Assembly (NCBI RefSeq): GCF_036321535.1
Contig: NC_087436.1
Location: forward strand, 110,176,001 to 110,240,000
Reading direction: 5' to 3'
DNA from: Camelus dromedarius
Taxonomy: Eukaryota
DNA: 64,000 bases
The position numbers and the translations under genes were made by a program. The notes beneath the pieces were generated by a model. The model did no database searches. It saw only the letters and a list, made by a program, of their open reading frames with translations, and had not been told where the DNA came from. Below are positions 1 to 11,430 of the stretch, piece by piece (positions within the stretch are counted from its first letter, which is position 1; each line of letters begins with the position of its first letter).

Positions 1-260
1 AAAACTCCAGAAAATAATCCTAATAATAAAATAAACCAGTATGTTATTGAATGTCTTCAAACAGGAAAAAAATGTTACTTCTATTGGAAACTTTGGAAAT
101 AAAAGTATGTGGGAAAAGTATTAACTATAAAAGTAAGACAATGTTGCACAATAATGGGAATGTAATTATAGTACACTATGTGGCTCAGATCTGACTAACA
201 CTTCGGTCACTAAAATGAAAAAGCAAATTTTGATATGATGAATAATAATGTTATAAAATT

Positions 261-432
261 CAGTGGTTTGCAAAATATGTACCAGACCACCAGTGTCAGG
301 ATCACCTGAGAAATTGTTAGAAATGCAAATTATTGAGTTCCATGTCAGTAGCACTGAGTCAGAAACTCTGATCATGAAGCCTAGCGATCTGTTTCATTAG
401 GCTCTTCAGCTGAATGCATGCTACTGCTCTAA
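261..432. mobile_element. MER5A-like hAT-Charlie MITE
   Basis: CAGTGGTTTGCAAA start and the internal 'atcacctgagaaattgttagaaatgcaaatt' and 'ctgagtcagaaactctg' motifs typical of MER5A. Confidence 0.75.
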
Positions 433-653
433 TTGTATGAGAAGAGTATAAATGTAGGTCTTGGAGGAAAAGATTATGAAAGCTAAACACTCATTTTCCA
501 GAGTAGAATATCAATGGAAAACAGAATAATTAGAGCAGTATTATAACATTCTTATGAAACATGAATATAAATACCAATGGAATAGGTAAATTCACTAAAA
601 GCATTTTCCTTTGGAAACCAAAAATTAGGAATGGAAATTGTAGGACAGGGGAA

Positions 654-1350
654 TTTTTTTTTTTTAGTGTATTGAAGTATAATTCATTTAAAATATCATT
701 TTTTCAGGTATACAACATAGTTACTCAAGATTTATAGATTATGCACCATAAAAAGGTATCATTAAATATTGACTGTGTTTCCTATGTTGTCCTTTACACC
801 CCATAATTTATTTTATAACTGGTAGTTTTTACCTTTCTATCCCCTTCACTTACTTTTTACCTTCCCCTACTCATCTCCTCTCTGGTAACTACTACTTTAC
901 TCTCTGTATCAGTGAGTCCATTCCTGTTTTGTTATGTTTGTTTATTTGTTTTATTTTTTAGATTCCACATATAAATGATAACGTATAGTATTTGTCTCCC
1001 TCTGTCTGACTTACTTTACTAAGCATAATACCTGGCAGGTCCATCTATACTGTTACAGATGGCAAGAATTCATCCTTATTTAAGGCTAAGTAATATTCCA
1101 TTGTATATATTTACCACTTCTTTATCCATTCATCTGTTGATGGACACTTAAGTTGCTTCCATATCTTGAATATTATAAATAATGCTACTATAAACACTGG
1201 AGCATATATATTAAAAAAAAAGCCAAACAGTGTTTCCATTTTTTCAGGTAAATACCCAAGAGTAGAATTGCTGGGTCATGCCACAGTTTCATTTTTAATT
1301 ATTTTAGGAATCATAAAAAATGGCTATACCAATTCCCACCAACAGTGTGT
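654..1350 (-). mobile_element. L1 3' portion (decayed ORF2 C-terminus, 3' UTR, poly(A)), laurasiatherian type
   Basis: T-run at 654-665; antisense L1 hallmarks 'gattccacatataaatgata', 'tttatccattcatctgttgatggacactta', 'cccaccaacagtgt'. Confidence 0.9.
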
Positions 1351-1491
1351 ATTCTTTGTGGTAGAAGATCCTTTCTGCTAGTCCTCAGGTTGTTCTCAGA
1401 GAGAATTGTTTTACATGTAGCTGTAATTTTGGTGTGTTTGTGGGAGGATGTGAGCTCAGAATCTGCTCACTCTCATCTTGATCCTGTCCTC
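1351..1491 (-). mobile_element. L1 extreme 5' end (5' UTR start), fused to the L1 3' portion
   Basis: Reverse complement reads gaggacaggatcaagatgagagtgagcagattctgagctcacatcctcccacaaacacaccaaaattacagctacatgtaaaacaattctc, matching the recalled laurasiatherian L1 start (decayed CAAGATGGCG YY1 box, GAGCTCACCTCCTCCCACAAA). Confidence 0.7.
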
Positions 1492-1575
1492 TATTGTTTT
1501 TCTTTATGACACTTTTAGTGGTATTTGACTTTTTTAGCTATGTAAATGTAATTTAATAAAAACAAAAATTTAATT
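1492..1575 (+). mobile_element. Old L1MC/L1ME-type 3' end, interrupted by the 654-1491 insertion (left part about 560-653)
   Basis: 'tattgtttttctttatgacacttttagtggtatttgactttttt' followed by AATAAA and an A-rich tail; continues 'ggacagggga' on the left side of the insertion. Confidence 0.55.
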
Positions 1576-2784
1576 AGTAATTAATAAATACAAATTTACA
1601 AAAGTATAGGTTTTCAAGAAAAATAGAGACTATTTGTGCAAGTGAATAATATCCTCTTGCATAATAAACAAAATGGGCTTGCATCCATAACTGGTATCAG
1701 GCTTTGCATTATTTGCCTGGCCCTAGAAGCATTTGAGTTTGCTACTCATATATATATTTTCTGAAAATAGGGTGCCATAGCTGAAGACTAGACGACCATC
1801 TCAGAATAATTGTGTTAAAGCATTAAAGACCTTACTGAGGAACTTTAGAGACAATAAAGAAATAGTGTGATCAATGTTTAGAAGAAGGAACTACCAAGAT
1901 TAATGGCTGATTGCTATGAAGGAGAAGAAAATCAGAGTCAAATTTATATACATATGAAACTAGAGTTTAGGAACTGGAGGAATGACAACCTGGAGATCAA
2001 AAACAGAAGATTGGGAGGATGATTCATCTTCCTAGAGTTTCCAGATGCAGATACTCTAAAAGCAAATGGATCCTCAGACCTGTAGGGTAGAAAGAATAAA
2101 AAACTGCGGCTGTGGCATTGTCAACTGTCTCTCCTTGTAGGAGTGGAAGTTAAAACTATAGCCTTGATCAACTGAGAAAAGAGGACAGAACTTTCTTGAG
2201 GCTTGTGACATTATTGGCATGCTGAGTTCTTTTTTTTTTCCTATTCAGCTTCTGACAGTTCAATAAATATTGTTGGTAATGATCTATTGTTTTCCTAGTG
2301 CCAGGGTTGTGTTGTGTCTGATAATATGAAGCTAACATTAAATGGTGATTTATATTTCCATGATTGCTTGATGGATAACTAAATAGAAGGTCTAAATATA
2401 TACACAAATGAATTGATTAATCAGTCTCACTTTTCAAATGATCTCTGTTTTGTATTCAGTTTTCACATAGACTTTTTGATTTATCAGAAGATTTAACTGT
2501 GTACAGTATTTGGGTTTACATAGAGTGGGGTGAATTTCAATGAAAGTCATTTATCATCTTCAGAACTTAGCCAATACATGTACACGCCTGTTTCTCCCTT
2601 GCAAGTTTCAGCATATTGTAATGGGATTACACCAACTCTGGGAATAAGGATTTTGGGTTTTGAACTCAGTATTTAGAAAATGTCAGAAACTCAGTATAAT
2701 TTTGTTGATAATAATGATGAGGACCCAATCCTAAAAACAGTGATTATTCTTAAAATTTTATAACTCACCTCAATAATAATAATA

Positions 2785-2990
2785 ATGAAAATAAAAATAA
2801 TTTACTGAGCACCTACTATGCACCAGGTTCCATGTTAGAAGTTTTTATACATTCGCTTTAATTTTCATTAAAACTTACTCAGGTTTATCTACTTATAGAT
2901 ATGAAAACTGACGTTAAGAGACTATGTGAGAATAACTGTATGAAAATATGATCATATGGCTGTTATGATAGGATCATAAAACTCTAACCT
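2785..2990 (-). mobile_element. MIR SINE
   Basis: 'tttactgagcacctactatgcaccagg' and the core 'ttatagatatgaaaactgac'. Confidence 0.75.
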
Positions 2991-3634
2991 ATGTTTTCTC
3001 CCTCCAAAGTTATTATTGTCTCCATACTCTGAAACAAAAGAGAGATAAGTAAAGAATATCAACTGATGTTATGTTTATCTGTCTTTACTCACATTTCTTA
3101 TGGAAATGCTATAGTATATTACAAATGAATTAAGGAAATTTAGCAGTTTTCTTCAGAAGCAACTTTCATAATGTTAAATAACTGATAAATGAGTGAATGA
3201 CTCAATGAGTAGGTATTGTCATGTGCTAAAGTCCTGACATATGAATGCAAATAGAAAAGTTAAACATAATAGCTATGTGTCATTTATTATCATTTTACAC
3301 ATGAAACAGAAATTAAGAGAAATTAAAGCCAAAAAATAAATTGTTGTGGTAGTGGTGGGATATGAGGGAGTGAATCCTGGTATAACAAACTTCAAAGCCC
3401 ATTCTTTTAAGACTATGCCAGGCTGCCTCAAAAAAGAAGACAATGTTCCCTGTCAAGTTAGGGAGACAAGACTAGTACCCAGTTTAAACTTACATTGTGT
3501 AGTGCAAAATAGAGTTTTGGAGGAATTAAGAAATAAGGCACGGATTAACTATTAATTGTTAAATCCCATGTGCTGTGTATAATATTTCACATAATATTTT
3601 CTTTAATCTTCATTATAACTTTAAATGTGAGACA

Positions 3635-4074
3635 TTATTTAGAGAATACTAACTGTTATACAAAAAGACTCCAGAAGTTACAATGGGACAAAAGGACTGG
3701 GAGCTTACTTCTTGCTCATTCAATATTTTGGGGTCAGTTAACAGTTGTACAGATCAGCTGTCTTCCACACTGTCATTCAGGAACTCTGAAACAGAAGGTT
3801 TCTATCTTCAAAGTATTGCACTCAAGCATACTCCATTACATCCAGCCAGAGGAGCAAAGTCCCTGGAGGAGATTCACGGGGAAGATTTACATGGACAAGC
3901 ATGGAAGGTGCTCATCATTCCAGCTCACTTCCCAGTAGCCGGAGGCCATAACTGTACCCATCTAGAAGGCATGCAACAGGGGTAGTTCTGGCAGTGCAGC
4001 CACTTCTCAGGTAGGACTTCCACTATGGAAAGGGAAAGATGACTTTCTGAGGACAGCTCATCATCTCTAATACA
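3635..4074 (-). mobile_element. Old MaLR solo LTR (MLT1K/L-like)
   Basis: 'ttccacactgtcattcaggaactc', 'cagctcacttcccagtagcc', terminal 'ggacagctcatcatctctaataca'. Confidence 0.6.
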
Positions 4075-4184
4075 CGTGAATAGAAGTGACACCACTGGTT
4101 ATATTAGGAAACCAAGGCATGAAGACGTTAAATAACACGCCCAAGATTCGAGGCTCTGGAGTGCTACTTCATAGGCAGATCTCA

Positions 4185-4404
4185 CTGGCGCTCAGCCAAC
4201 TGTGGCCCCCACGCCAAATCTGGCCTGTCACCTGTTTTCACTGATAAAGCTTTATTGGAATACAGGCATGCCCCTTTATTCATGCATTGTCTGTGACTGC
4301 CTTTACACTACAACAATAGATTTGAGTAGTTGTGATAAAAATTGTATGGCCTGCAAAGCCTCAAATATTTTTCATCTCTCCCTTCACAGAAACCATTTGC
4401 TGAC
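4185..4404. mobile_element. MER58A-like hAT-Charlie MITE (last bases displaced to 4931-4935)
   Basis: 'gccaaatctggcctgtcacctgtttt', 'ataaagctttattggaatacag', 'gtatggcctgcaaagcctcaaatattt'. Confidence 0.85.
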
Positions 4405-4925
4405 TGTATTGTTTTTGTATTGTTTCTATAACAAATGGCCACAAACTTGGTGGCTTAACACAACATAAATTAATTATCCTATAGAACTTTTATAGTTCTC
4501 GAGGTCAGATGTCACAAATGGCTCTTACTGGATTGAAGTCAAGGTGTTAGCAGGACTACATTTCTTAGTTCCTGGAGAGAATCAGTTTCCTTGGCTTTTT
4601 CAGCTTCTAGAAGTCACCTGCACTCCTTAGTCTGGGGCCCCCCTTTCCCGCTTCTAAAGCAGCGATGCCTGATTGAGTCTTCCTCGTGATGTATCACTCT
4701 GACACTGACTCTTCCACCTTCTTCTTCTATATTTGAGTATCCTTGTGATTATGCTGGGCCCACCTAGAAAAATCCATATAACCTCCCTATCTTAAAGTTA
4801 GCTGACTAACAACCTTAATTTCTCCCGAAACTTTGACTTCCCTTTGCCTTATAATCTAAAATATTCACAGGTCCCATAGGTTAGAATATGAACATCTTCA
4901 GAAGGTTATCATTCTGCCTATCACA
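4405..4925 (-). mobile_element. MLT1C/D-like MaLR solo LTR
   Basis: TG...CA ends, perfect 5-bp TSD CTGAC (4400-4404, 4926-4930), 'acaaacttggtggcttaacacaaca', 'cattctgcctatcaca'. Confidence 0.9.
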
Positions 4926-5996
4926 CTGACCCCTACTCTATATCTTAAATAATCTATTCTTTTCATTCGACCACCTTCATTCTTTAAAGGAGAGTAAGGC
5001 TTTGCTGCAGTCAGGAAAAATGAATCAGTGTCAAAGGATTTGTGAGCTATGGATGGGCAGAAAGGATGGAGAAAATTACTAAGGTGGGAAAACATCTGGA
5101 GAAGTTGGCAAGGAAAAGGTCATTGAGTCAGAAATACACAGAGCATGGGATGGATGAGTGTTCAGGGGTCTGCAAAAAAGTAATATACAACGACTCTGCA
5201 AGTTGGGTCTAGTTGGGTAGAGGAAGATTATGTACGGTTTTAAGAAAATAAGAAATCACCACTCCTCACTGCAAGTTTACAAAAGGCAATCATGTTCTAC
5301 TTTAGGAAAAAGATAGAAGTGTACAATATAAAACAATCTGTCCTTCTGTTTTGCAAAATTGTGAATGCTAACAATAATAGCTACTATTATTAAACGTCTA
5401 TTCCTTTTTTAAAAACTAATCCTATCATACTTTGGCCTCCAATCATGTCTTCAGGAAAGAAGAGAAATGTTTGTTTCTAGCCTTTCCCTATGATTTAGTC
5501 AAGATAGGAGAAGTTATACTGCAATATTGAACATCTATTCTGCATAGAACCCATTATAGACATCAGCCTTCAAAGAAGTTATTAGGGTTCCTAAGTTATA
5601 GATATGAAAACTGAGACCAAAAGCAGTTGTTAAGTTTGAGGAAGCAAAGGTAGTAAATACTGAATCTAAGCTTTTTATCTCAAAGTGTCTCAAACCATGT
5701 ATTTATACTATATTTTCAGGGTAAATATTGGGAATTTCTGTATGTTTTCTCAATCTCTAAGTACCTGAAATCTAGATCTATTGTAGATCACGTGAAACCT
5801 AGCAAGAAATATCTATGCATAGCTGATACCTATGAATTGATTTTTTCCTCTTACTTTGTTGGTTGCCAATATTTAATAACAAATAACCTATATGTTTAAA
5901 AATATGGGCACTTGAGCATTTTTAAAATGCACATACAAATCCATTTGCAAAGCATCATTTGAAGATTGGTTCTATGGGGCATCAGTGCTCCCTTTT

Positions 5997-6058
5997 TTTT
6001 TTTATTGTTTTATAATCATTTTACAATGTTGTTTGCTCTACACTGGAATTTGACACAA
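5997..6058 (-). mobile_element. Micro-L1 3' end with 5' inversion
   Basis: Both halves match the L1 terminus at 11043-11098 in opposite orientations; flanked by TGCTCCCTTTT / TGTTCCCTTTT. Confidence 0.85.
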
Positions 6059-6499
6059 TGTTCCCTTTTGTGTTTTGAATTGTAAGTGCCCTACTACCAC
6101 TTCTGCAAGTCAATGTGAAATTCCTCCACCTGACCTAAATACAAAAAAGAATAAATTGCATTTCAGTACCATTGAAATAATTATGTTTTCAAGGTCACAA
6201 TCAATCATTATAAACTCTGTACCTTCCTCTTGGGAGAAGAATGATTCAGATCCCTGATGTATTGCATTTGTCATTTTGAAAAGGATGTGCCCACTGATAC
6301 AGCAAGTTATGAAATAATCTGCATGATGAATATTTATTGTATTCTTTTGAGTCTCCACTTGAGTGTTTGATCCGCAAAATAATAGCAAAGATGATCATAC
6401 TACTAATATGTATAATTATTATTTTTGTAGTCCTCATTATTTGTAAAATGTCTTTATATTCAAAGTCTTGTTTAGTTGTGACTACAGTCCTCTGAGTTG

Positions 6500-6620
6500 G
6501 GGCAATGATGATAATCATTTCTATGTTATAGATACAGATGGTTAGGGAGGTTTAGAACATTCTCCAAGGTCATACAATTAGTTGGTAGAAGAGCTGGGAA
6601 TCAAACCCAGAGCTCTTAAA
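6500..6620 (-). mobile_element. MIR fragment
   Basis: 'ccaaggtcatacaattagttggtagaagagctgggaatcaaacccag'. Confidence 0.7.
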
Positions 6621-7574
6621 CAAGGAAAAAGCAGATAGCCTTTTGCATATATTTTTAGAAGTTACATTAAAAAGCATGCCTTTCTTCTCACTAGTCTATG
6701 AACAGAGCTGACAAAAATACTATACTTAATCCTACTGATTATGATTTCAGTTCTCGTAGCTTCTGGACTCATCTGCACATTCAAGTACTCCTGCCCCCTT
6801 GATGCAATGTTGGCTGTGTTTTCTTCTGTTTTTGCTACAGTAGAAAACTATGGCATGGATTTCTCATTCAATTTTCAGTGAGGCACTGACCTCCTGCTCC
6901 ATCTCAATCCCCATTTCACTTAATATCAATTGTTTCTTCTCACTAATTCTGGTTGTTAAACTGGTATTTCTTTAAAGTCCCCTTTTCTCTTTGGCTCCAT
7001 TCTGAGCCTGTGTAGTAGCCAAAATTCATTTCTTTGATGTGCTAGTTGAAGCTTGGATAAAATATTTCCCTGATCTGAGAAAGATTGGAATGGAGGTAGG
7101 ATAGCAAGGAACAATGAGACAGAAATATAATTTAAAATGAGTACAAATGGTATAAATTTGTTTTCTTGAAGAAGAAGGGAAAAAAAAACAAAAGCCAACA
7201 ACTTAGCGAGTCTGACATAACCAAGGGCTCAAGATGTGAGAAAAACTAGGACCAGAAGCCTCTGGTTAAGTCGCAAATGTTCTAAGCTGCTGGGTCCCTA
7301 GATCCAAGCTGATTTGAGGACAGAAAGAGATTTAATTTGTGAACGAATATGAAATACATACATTAGTAATCTCTATGCTCAACAGTGTTCCCCTGGGTCA
7401 CCTTGTGGACTCAGTACACACATCCCTCCTTGAACAGCTTGCAAGTTGGAAAATGCTTGGGTGAAGTCAATGCATTAGAGCTCTTTCGGAATGAAGGCAT
7501 CTTACTCAGATTGACAACAAAATCAAATATAGTTTTCTTCTTTTACTAATTTAGCAAAAAATGTAAATGAGATG

Positions 7575-7985
7575 TTTACTTAAGATACAGCTGAATCCAG
7601 TGGTTGAGAATAATCTGTTGGTCTCTGTCCTTCAGGTCTGCTTTGCTTTGTGTTGGTTTCATTCTCAGAAAGGAAATCCATCTGAGTGAGCACTCTCGGC
7701 TTATTTTCCACTCTATCTAGCAATCCCCCTGTGAAAAAGAGATTCTCTTTCTAAGACAAAGCCACGAGATCATGGTTCATTGACTTAGAGTGCATCACAA
7801 TCCATTCATGAATGAATCACTGGGACTGGGACTGGCCTAGCCTACGGCATGTGCTCACACCTGGAGCCAGGGTGTAAAGCCAACCCATGGACTTAGAGTG
7901 AGGAGAAGTAATTCTCCAAAGTTCATTTCAGTTCCATCACCAGCAGAAGTGGGGATGGATGTTGAACAAGCACAAAGCAGTGGAC
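7575..7985 (-). mobile_element. Old MaLR LTR (MLT1J-like)
   Basis: 'cagctgaatccagtggtt', 'ggcatgtgctcacacctggagccaggg', 'cagcagaagtggggatggatgttgaacaag'. Confidence 0.6.
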
Positions 7986-8009
7986 ACTGTTCTGCAGATA
8001 ACTAGATAT

Positions 8010-8135
8010 AATAGTAATTGAGTGTTTACTATGTGCTAGCTATTTGCAATTGTTTTACATAAAATCATTCAGCTAATCTTTCCAACAACCTTATGGCACA
8101 GAGCAGTTAAGTAACTCCGTCTCAAGTCACAAATG
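8010..8135 (-). mobile_element. MIR fragment
   Basis: 'attgagtgtttactatgtgctagc', 'ggcacagagcagttaagtaact'. Confidence 0.65.
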
Positions 8136-8469
8136 GAATGCTGCTTGCTCATATATTCTGAGCCTCCGAGCATGATTGTGGCCCAGCAAGGTGAGACCAG
8201 AGAGACTTACCAGGTGAGAACCCAAACCTATTATCCAGGGGCACACCAGACTATTGAGCAGCCGGAGGTCAACTCAAGAATGAGGAGACAGGAATGACAG
8301 TGTAGGTTAGACCTCAGGTAAAAACACTTTTTCCTGATAGGGTACAAATGAGGATGAAAGAGTTTGCCTTCTCTCCCCAGAATGTACTCATATGTAGATG
8401 GGACCGACAAAGATGGCCAATGAGTCCACACTGTTTAACGAGGTTCACCCCATCCCCTAGCACTCCCCC

Positions 8470-8770
8470 ACTTCCATTCCTTATGCAATGGAGCTTCTTT
8501 CTGTTCCTCTACTCCAAGCTCTTCCTTCCTTCCTGGCTTTTGCATAGACTGTGTGTGCCCTCAGCTTCTTTCCCACACAGGATTCCCTAGCAAGCTTCTA
8601 CCCATTCTTCAGACCTCAGCTGTGACACCTTTTGAAGACTCTAAATTAAAGTCCCCTTGTGTAAGCTCCTAAGCCTCTGGCATTTTCCCATCAAAGCACA
8701 GATCACATGTCACTATAAAAACTCAGTTAGTGTTTGCCTTTGCTGATATGCGAAAAGTCCACTGAGAAGT
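8470..8770 (+). mobile_element. L2 fragment
   Basis: Pyrimidine-rich decayed L2 3' motifs 'tggcttttgcatagactgt', 'acccattcttcagacctcagct'. Confidence 0.55.
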
Positions 8771-8895
8771 GTCTTCCAGCTTATAAGTTTTAGTTTTAGA
8801 ATTTTGCATTAGCTTCCTTTCCCTTCTGTTTACAATTTAATTGTTTCATTAGTGGCTAAACAAGTATTAAATAATCCCTCTTCCTCCTGCATGAG

Positions 8896-8968
8896 CACAC
8901 ACACACACGCGCGCGCGCACACACACACACAAACACACACACACACAAACACACACACAAACACAAAC

Positions 8969-9002
<34 letters not shown>
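8896..9002. repeat. Compound (CA)n(CG)n(CA)n microsatellite
   Basis: Directly visible; about 107 bp with CAAA interruptions. Confidence 0.97.
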
Positions 9003-9544
9003 CCCTCACCTCCCAACAGTGTTTTTCAGTTAAAAAGAAACAGTAGTCTAGGCTCCAGGCACATGGAGGCTTTTGCTCTTTCTTCTTGTTTTTCCCCTCA
9101 GTTTGGAGGGTGTGATTTTACCACAGCAGTCCTAGCAAAGGTCCCTCTCAAGGCGTACAGTAGCATTGGCTAATTAAGTAATACTCAGACTAAGCAAATG
9201 CTTATGGGAAGAACTGAATAAGGGCAAAAATAAACAAAAGGAAACAGTAATATTTTTAAAGCTTTCCACCTCTGAAGACTTTAATCTACCCCTGCCTACC
9301 AAAGACAGACAAAAAAAGAGCAAGGCAGATGGAATGAAACCAGAAATCCTTATGATTCAAGATGCTGTTCTGTTCCTGAATATGATTCACATTTTTTTCT
9401 GATCAACTTCTTGACTGAGGGAGTTATACCATGAAGCACAGTAACCTCACAGAGAAGCATGTATGCCTTTGATTTATAGCTCGACAAGGACCCAGAATTC
9501 CTTAACACAGAGCTGCTTGAACATTTGGAGAACGCAGGGTGCAG

Positions 9545-10043
9545 TGAGAAACACATAATGAAAGTCCACCTTTAAAGGCCACCAGGAATATGTCTCCAGT
9601 CAAAATAATGGTTAAGAATCTAGCTTGCTGCAGAAAGGAATGGTTTACCCCAGGGGAATCTAGGTGGGAAGAGAGAATTGGAAGGAGCTTTTTATAGGAT
9701 CAGGGTTTGTCTTAGAAAATTCTAAGCAAGATTTAGGGAAGCAGGAACTTTAGGTTCAGATGTTATCAAAAAACTGAGGGTAATTTAATGACTAGATATT
9801 AAAGTTAATTTAATCTAGGAGGCCAGCAGAATAAAGTGGAGTTAGAACTGCCACAGTAAAGGAGCAGCAATCACTCAAAGAAAGGCAGTGTCTCTCAGGA
9901 GATGAGGATGGTCCTGAGGAGCCTTGTCTACATCTTATCAAAGCACAGGCAGAGTGGCCAAAGCGTTGTCCTTGTTTGAGCATTATTTATGTTTTGGGAA
10001 CACAGTACTCTGATTGTTAACAGGACTGTTTTTCACTTTCTCA
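9545..10043 (-). mobile_element. Probable old ERV solo LTR
   Basis: Minus strand starts TGAGAAAGTGAAAA and the body resembles old ERV1-type LTRs; family not identified. Confidence 0.4.
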
Positions 10044-10401
10044 TTGGTTTAGATTGGAATACATAAGGGAGGTTCCTCCCATCATGATCTCAAGTCTTGT
10101 TCTCTCTCCCCTCTCTGACCTCAGGGTACAATCTTACTACAGCTATGTAATAAGAACATACTCACCAGTACCAGAGGGACAGGGGTAAGATGAGCAAACC
10201 CAAGCAAAGCATTATCCTTGACAGACCATGAGCATCCCTCAGGAAAAGGCAGATGGAAGATGTGGTCCTTCCTTTCTTACAGAAGTGAATCTAGCCCTCT
10301 CACTGATCTCTGACCACAAAAGTGAAGAGGGGAAGAAATCTCACTGCTCGACAGCCTTTAAGGCACAGGAACCAAGCCCACTTATTCAATATATTCCCAC
10401 A

Positions 10402-11113
10402 GAATGCAGTTTGGTGCAGCCACTATGGAAAACAGTGGAGATTCCTCAAAAGACTAGGAATAGACTTACCATATGACCCAGGAATCCCACTCCTGGGCAT
10501 ATATCCAGAAGGAACCCTACTTCAGGATGACACCTGCACCCTAATGTTCATAGCAGCACTATTTACAATAGCCAAAACATGGAAACAGCCTAAATGTCCA
10601 TCAACAGATGACTGGATAAAGAAGATGTGGTATATTTATACAATGGAATACTACTCAGCCATAAAAACCGACAACATAATGCCATTTGCAGCAACATGGA
10701 TGCTCCTGGAGAATGTCATTCTAAGTGAAGTAAGCCAGAAAGAGAAAGAAAAATACCATATGAGATCGCTCATATGTGGAATCTAAAAAACAAAAACAAA
10801 CAAACAAGCAAAAAACAAAGCGTAAATACAAAACAGAAATAGATTCATAGACATAGAATACAAATTTGTGGTTGCCAAGGGGGCAGAGGGTGGGAAGGGA
10901 TAGACGGGATTTCAAAATTGTAGAATTAATAAACAAGATTATACTGTATAGCACAGGGAAATATACACAAAATCTTATGGTAGCTCACAGAGAAAAAAAT
11001 GTGACAATGAGTGTGTATATGTCCATGAACGACTGAAAAATTGTGCTGAACACTGGAATTTGACACAACATTGTAAAATGATTATAAATCAATAAAAAAT
11101 GTTAAAAAAAAAA
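10402..11113 (+). mobile_element. Young 5'-truncated L1 (ORF2 C-terminus, 3' UTR, poly(A))
   Basis: Open frame WCSHYGKQWRFLKRLGIDLPYDPGIPLLGIYP...KYHMRSLICGI* ending at 10786; AATAAA and A tail; TSD AATATATTCCCACA (10388-10401) / TATATAGTCCCACA (11141-11154). Confidence 0.97.
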
Positions 11114-11284
11114 CTCAAAATGGTTAAAGAAAAATATATATATATAGTCCCACAAATATCTCTGGTTAAATCAACCAGTTTGGTAATACTGCATCTCTTA
11201 AGAGGACTTGGTAAGGAAGTAGATACAGATCCAGTTCAGAAGTGAGCACAAGCATCTTTCAACAATGCTTGAAGACAGAAGAGT

Positions 11285-11430
11285 ATCATATCTAAAGACA
11301 TAGGCTTTGGAGCCAGAAAAGAGAATCTATTTCTAATCCCATCACTACCTTTCACATCACATTAGACAAGTCAGTAAGACTCAGCTCTGAAAGTCTTGCT
11401 CAATGAGGTTGTTGCAAAGATTAAGCATTA
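11285..11430 (+). mobile_element. MIR fragment
   Basis: 'gacataggctttggagccagaa', 'gaggttgttgcaaagattaa'. Confidence 0.55.

Noticed and set aside
3570..3985. 122-aa and 100-aa ORFs
   Set aside because: Lie within a decayed MaLR LTR; no protein similarity recognised
8186..8219. Two adjacent AG|GTGAGA donor-like sites
   Set aside because: No good upstream acceptor or promoter evidence; not enough for an exon call
10322..10786. 154-aa ORF as a host gene
   Set aside because: It is the L1 ORF2 C-terminus; the first ~27 codons are flanking DNA with a GTG start upstream of the 5' truncation point
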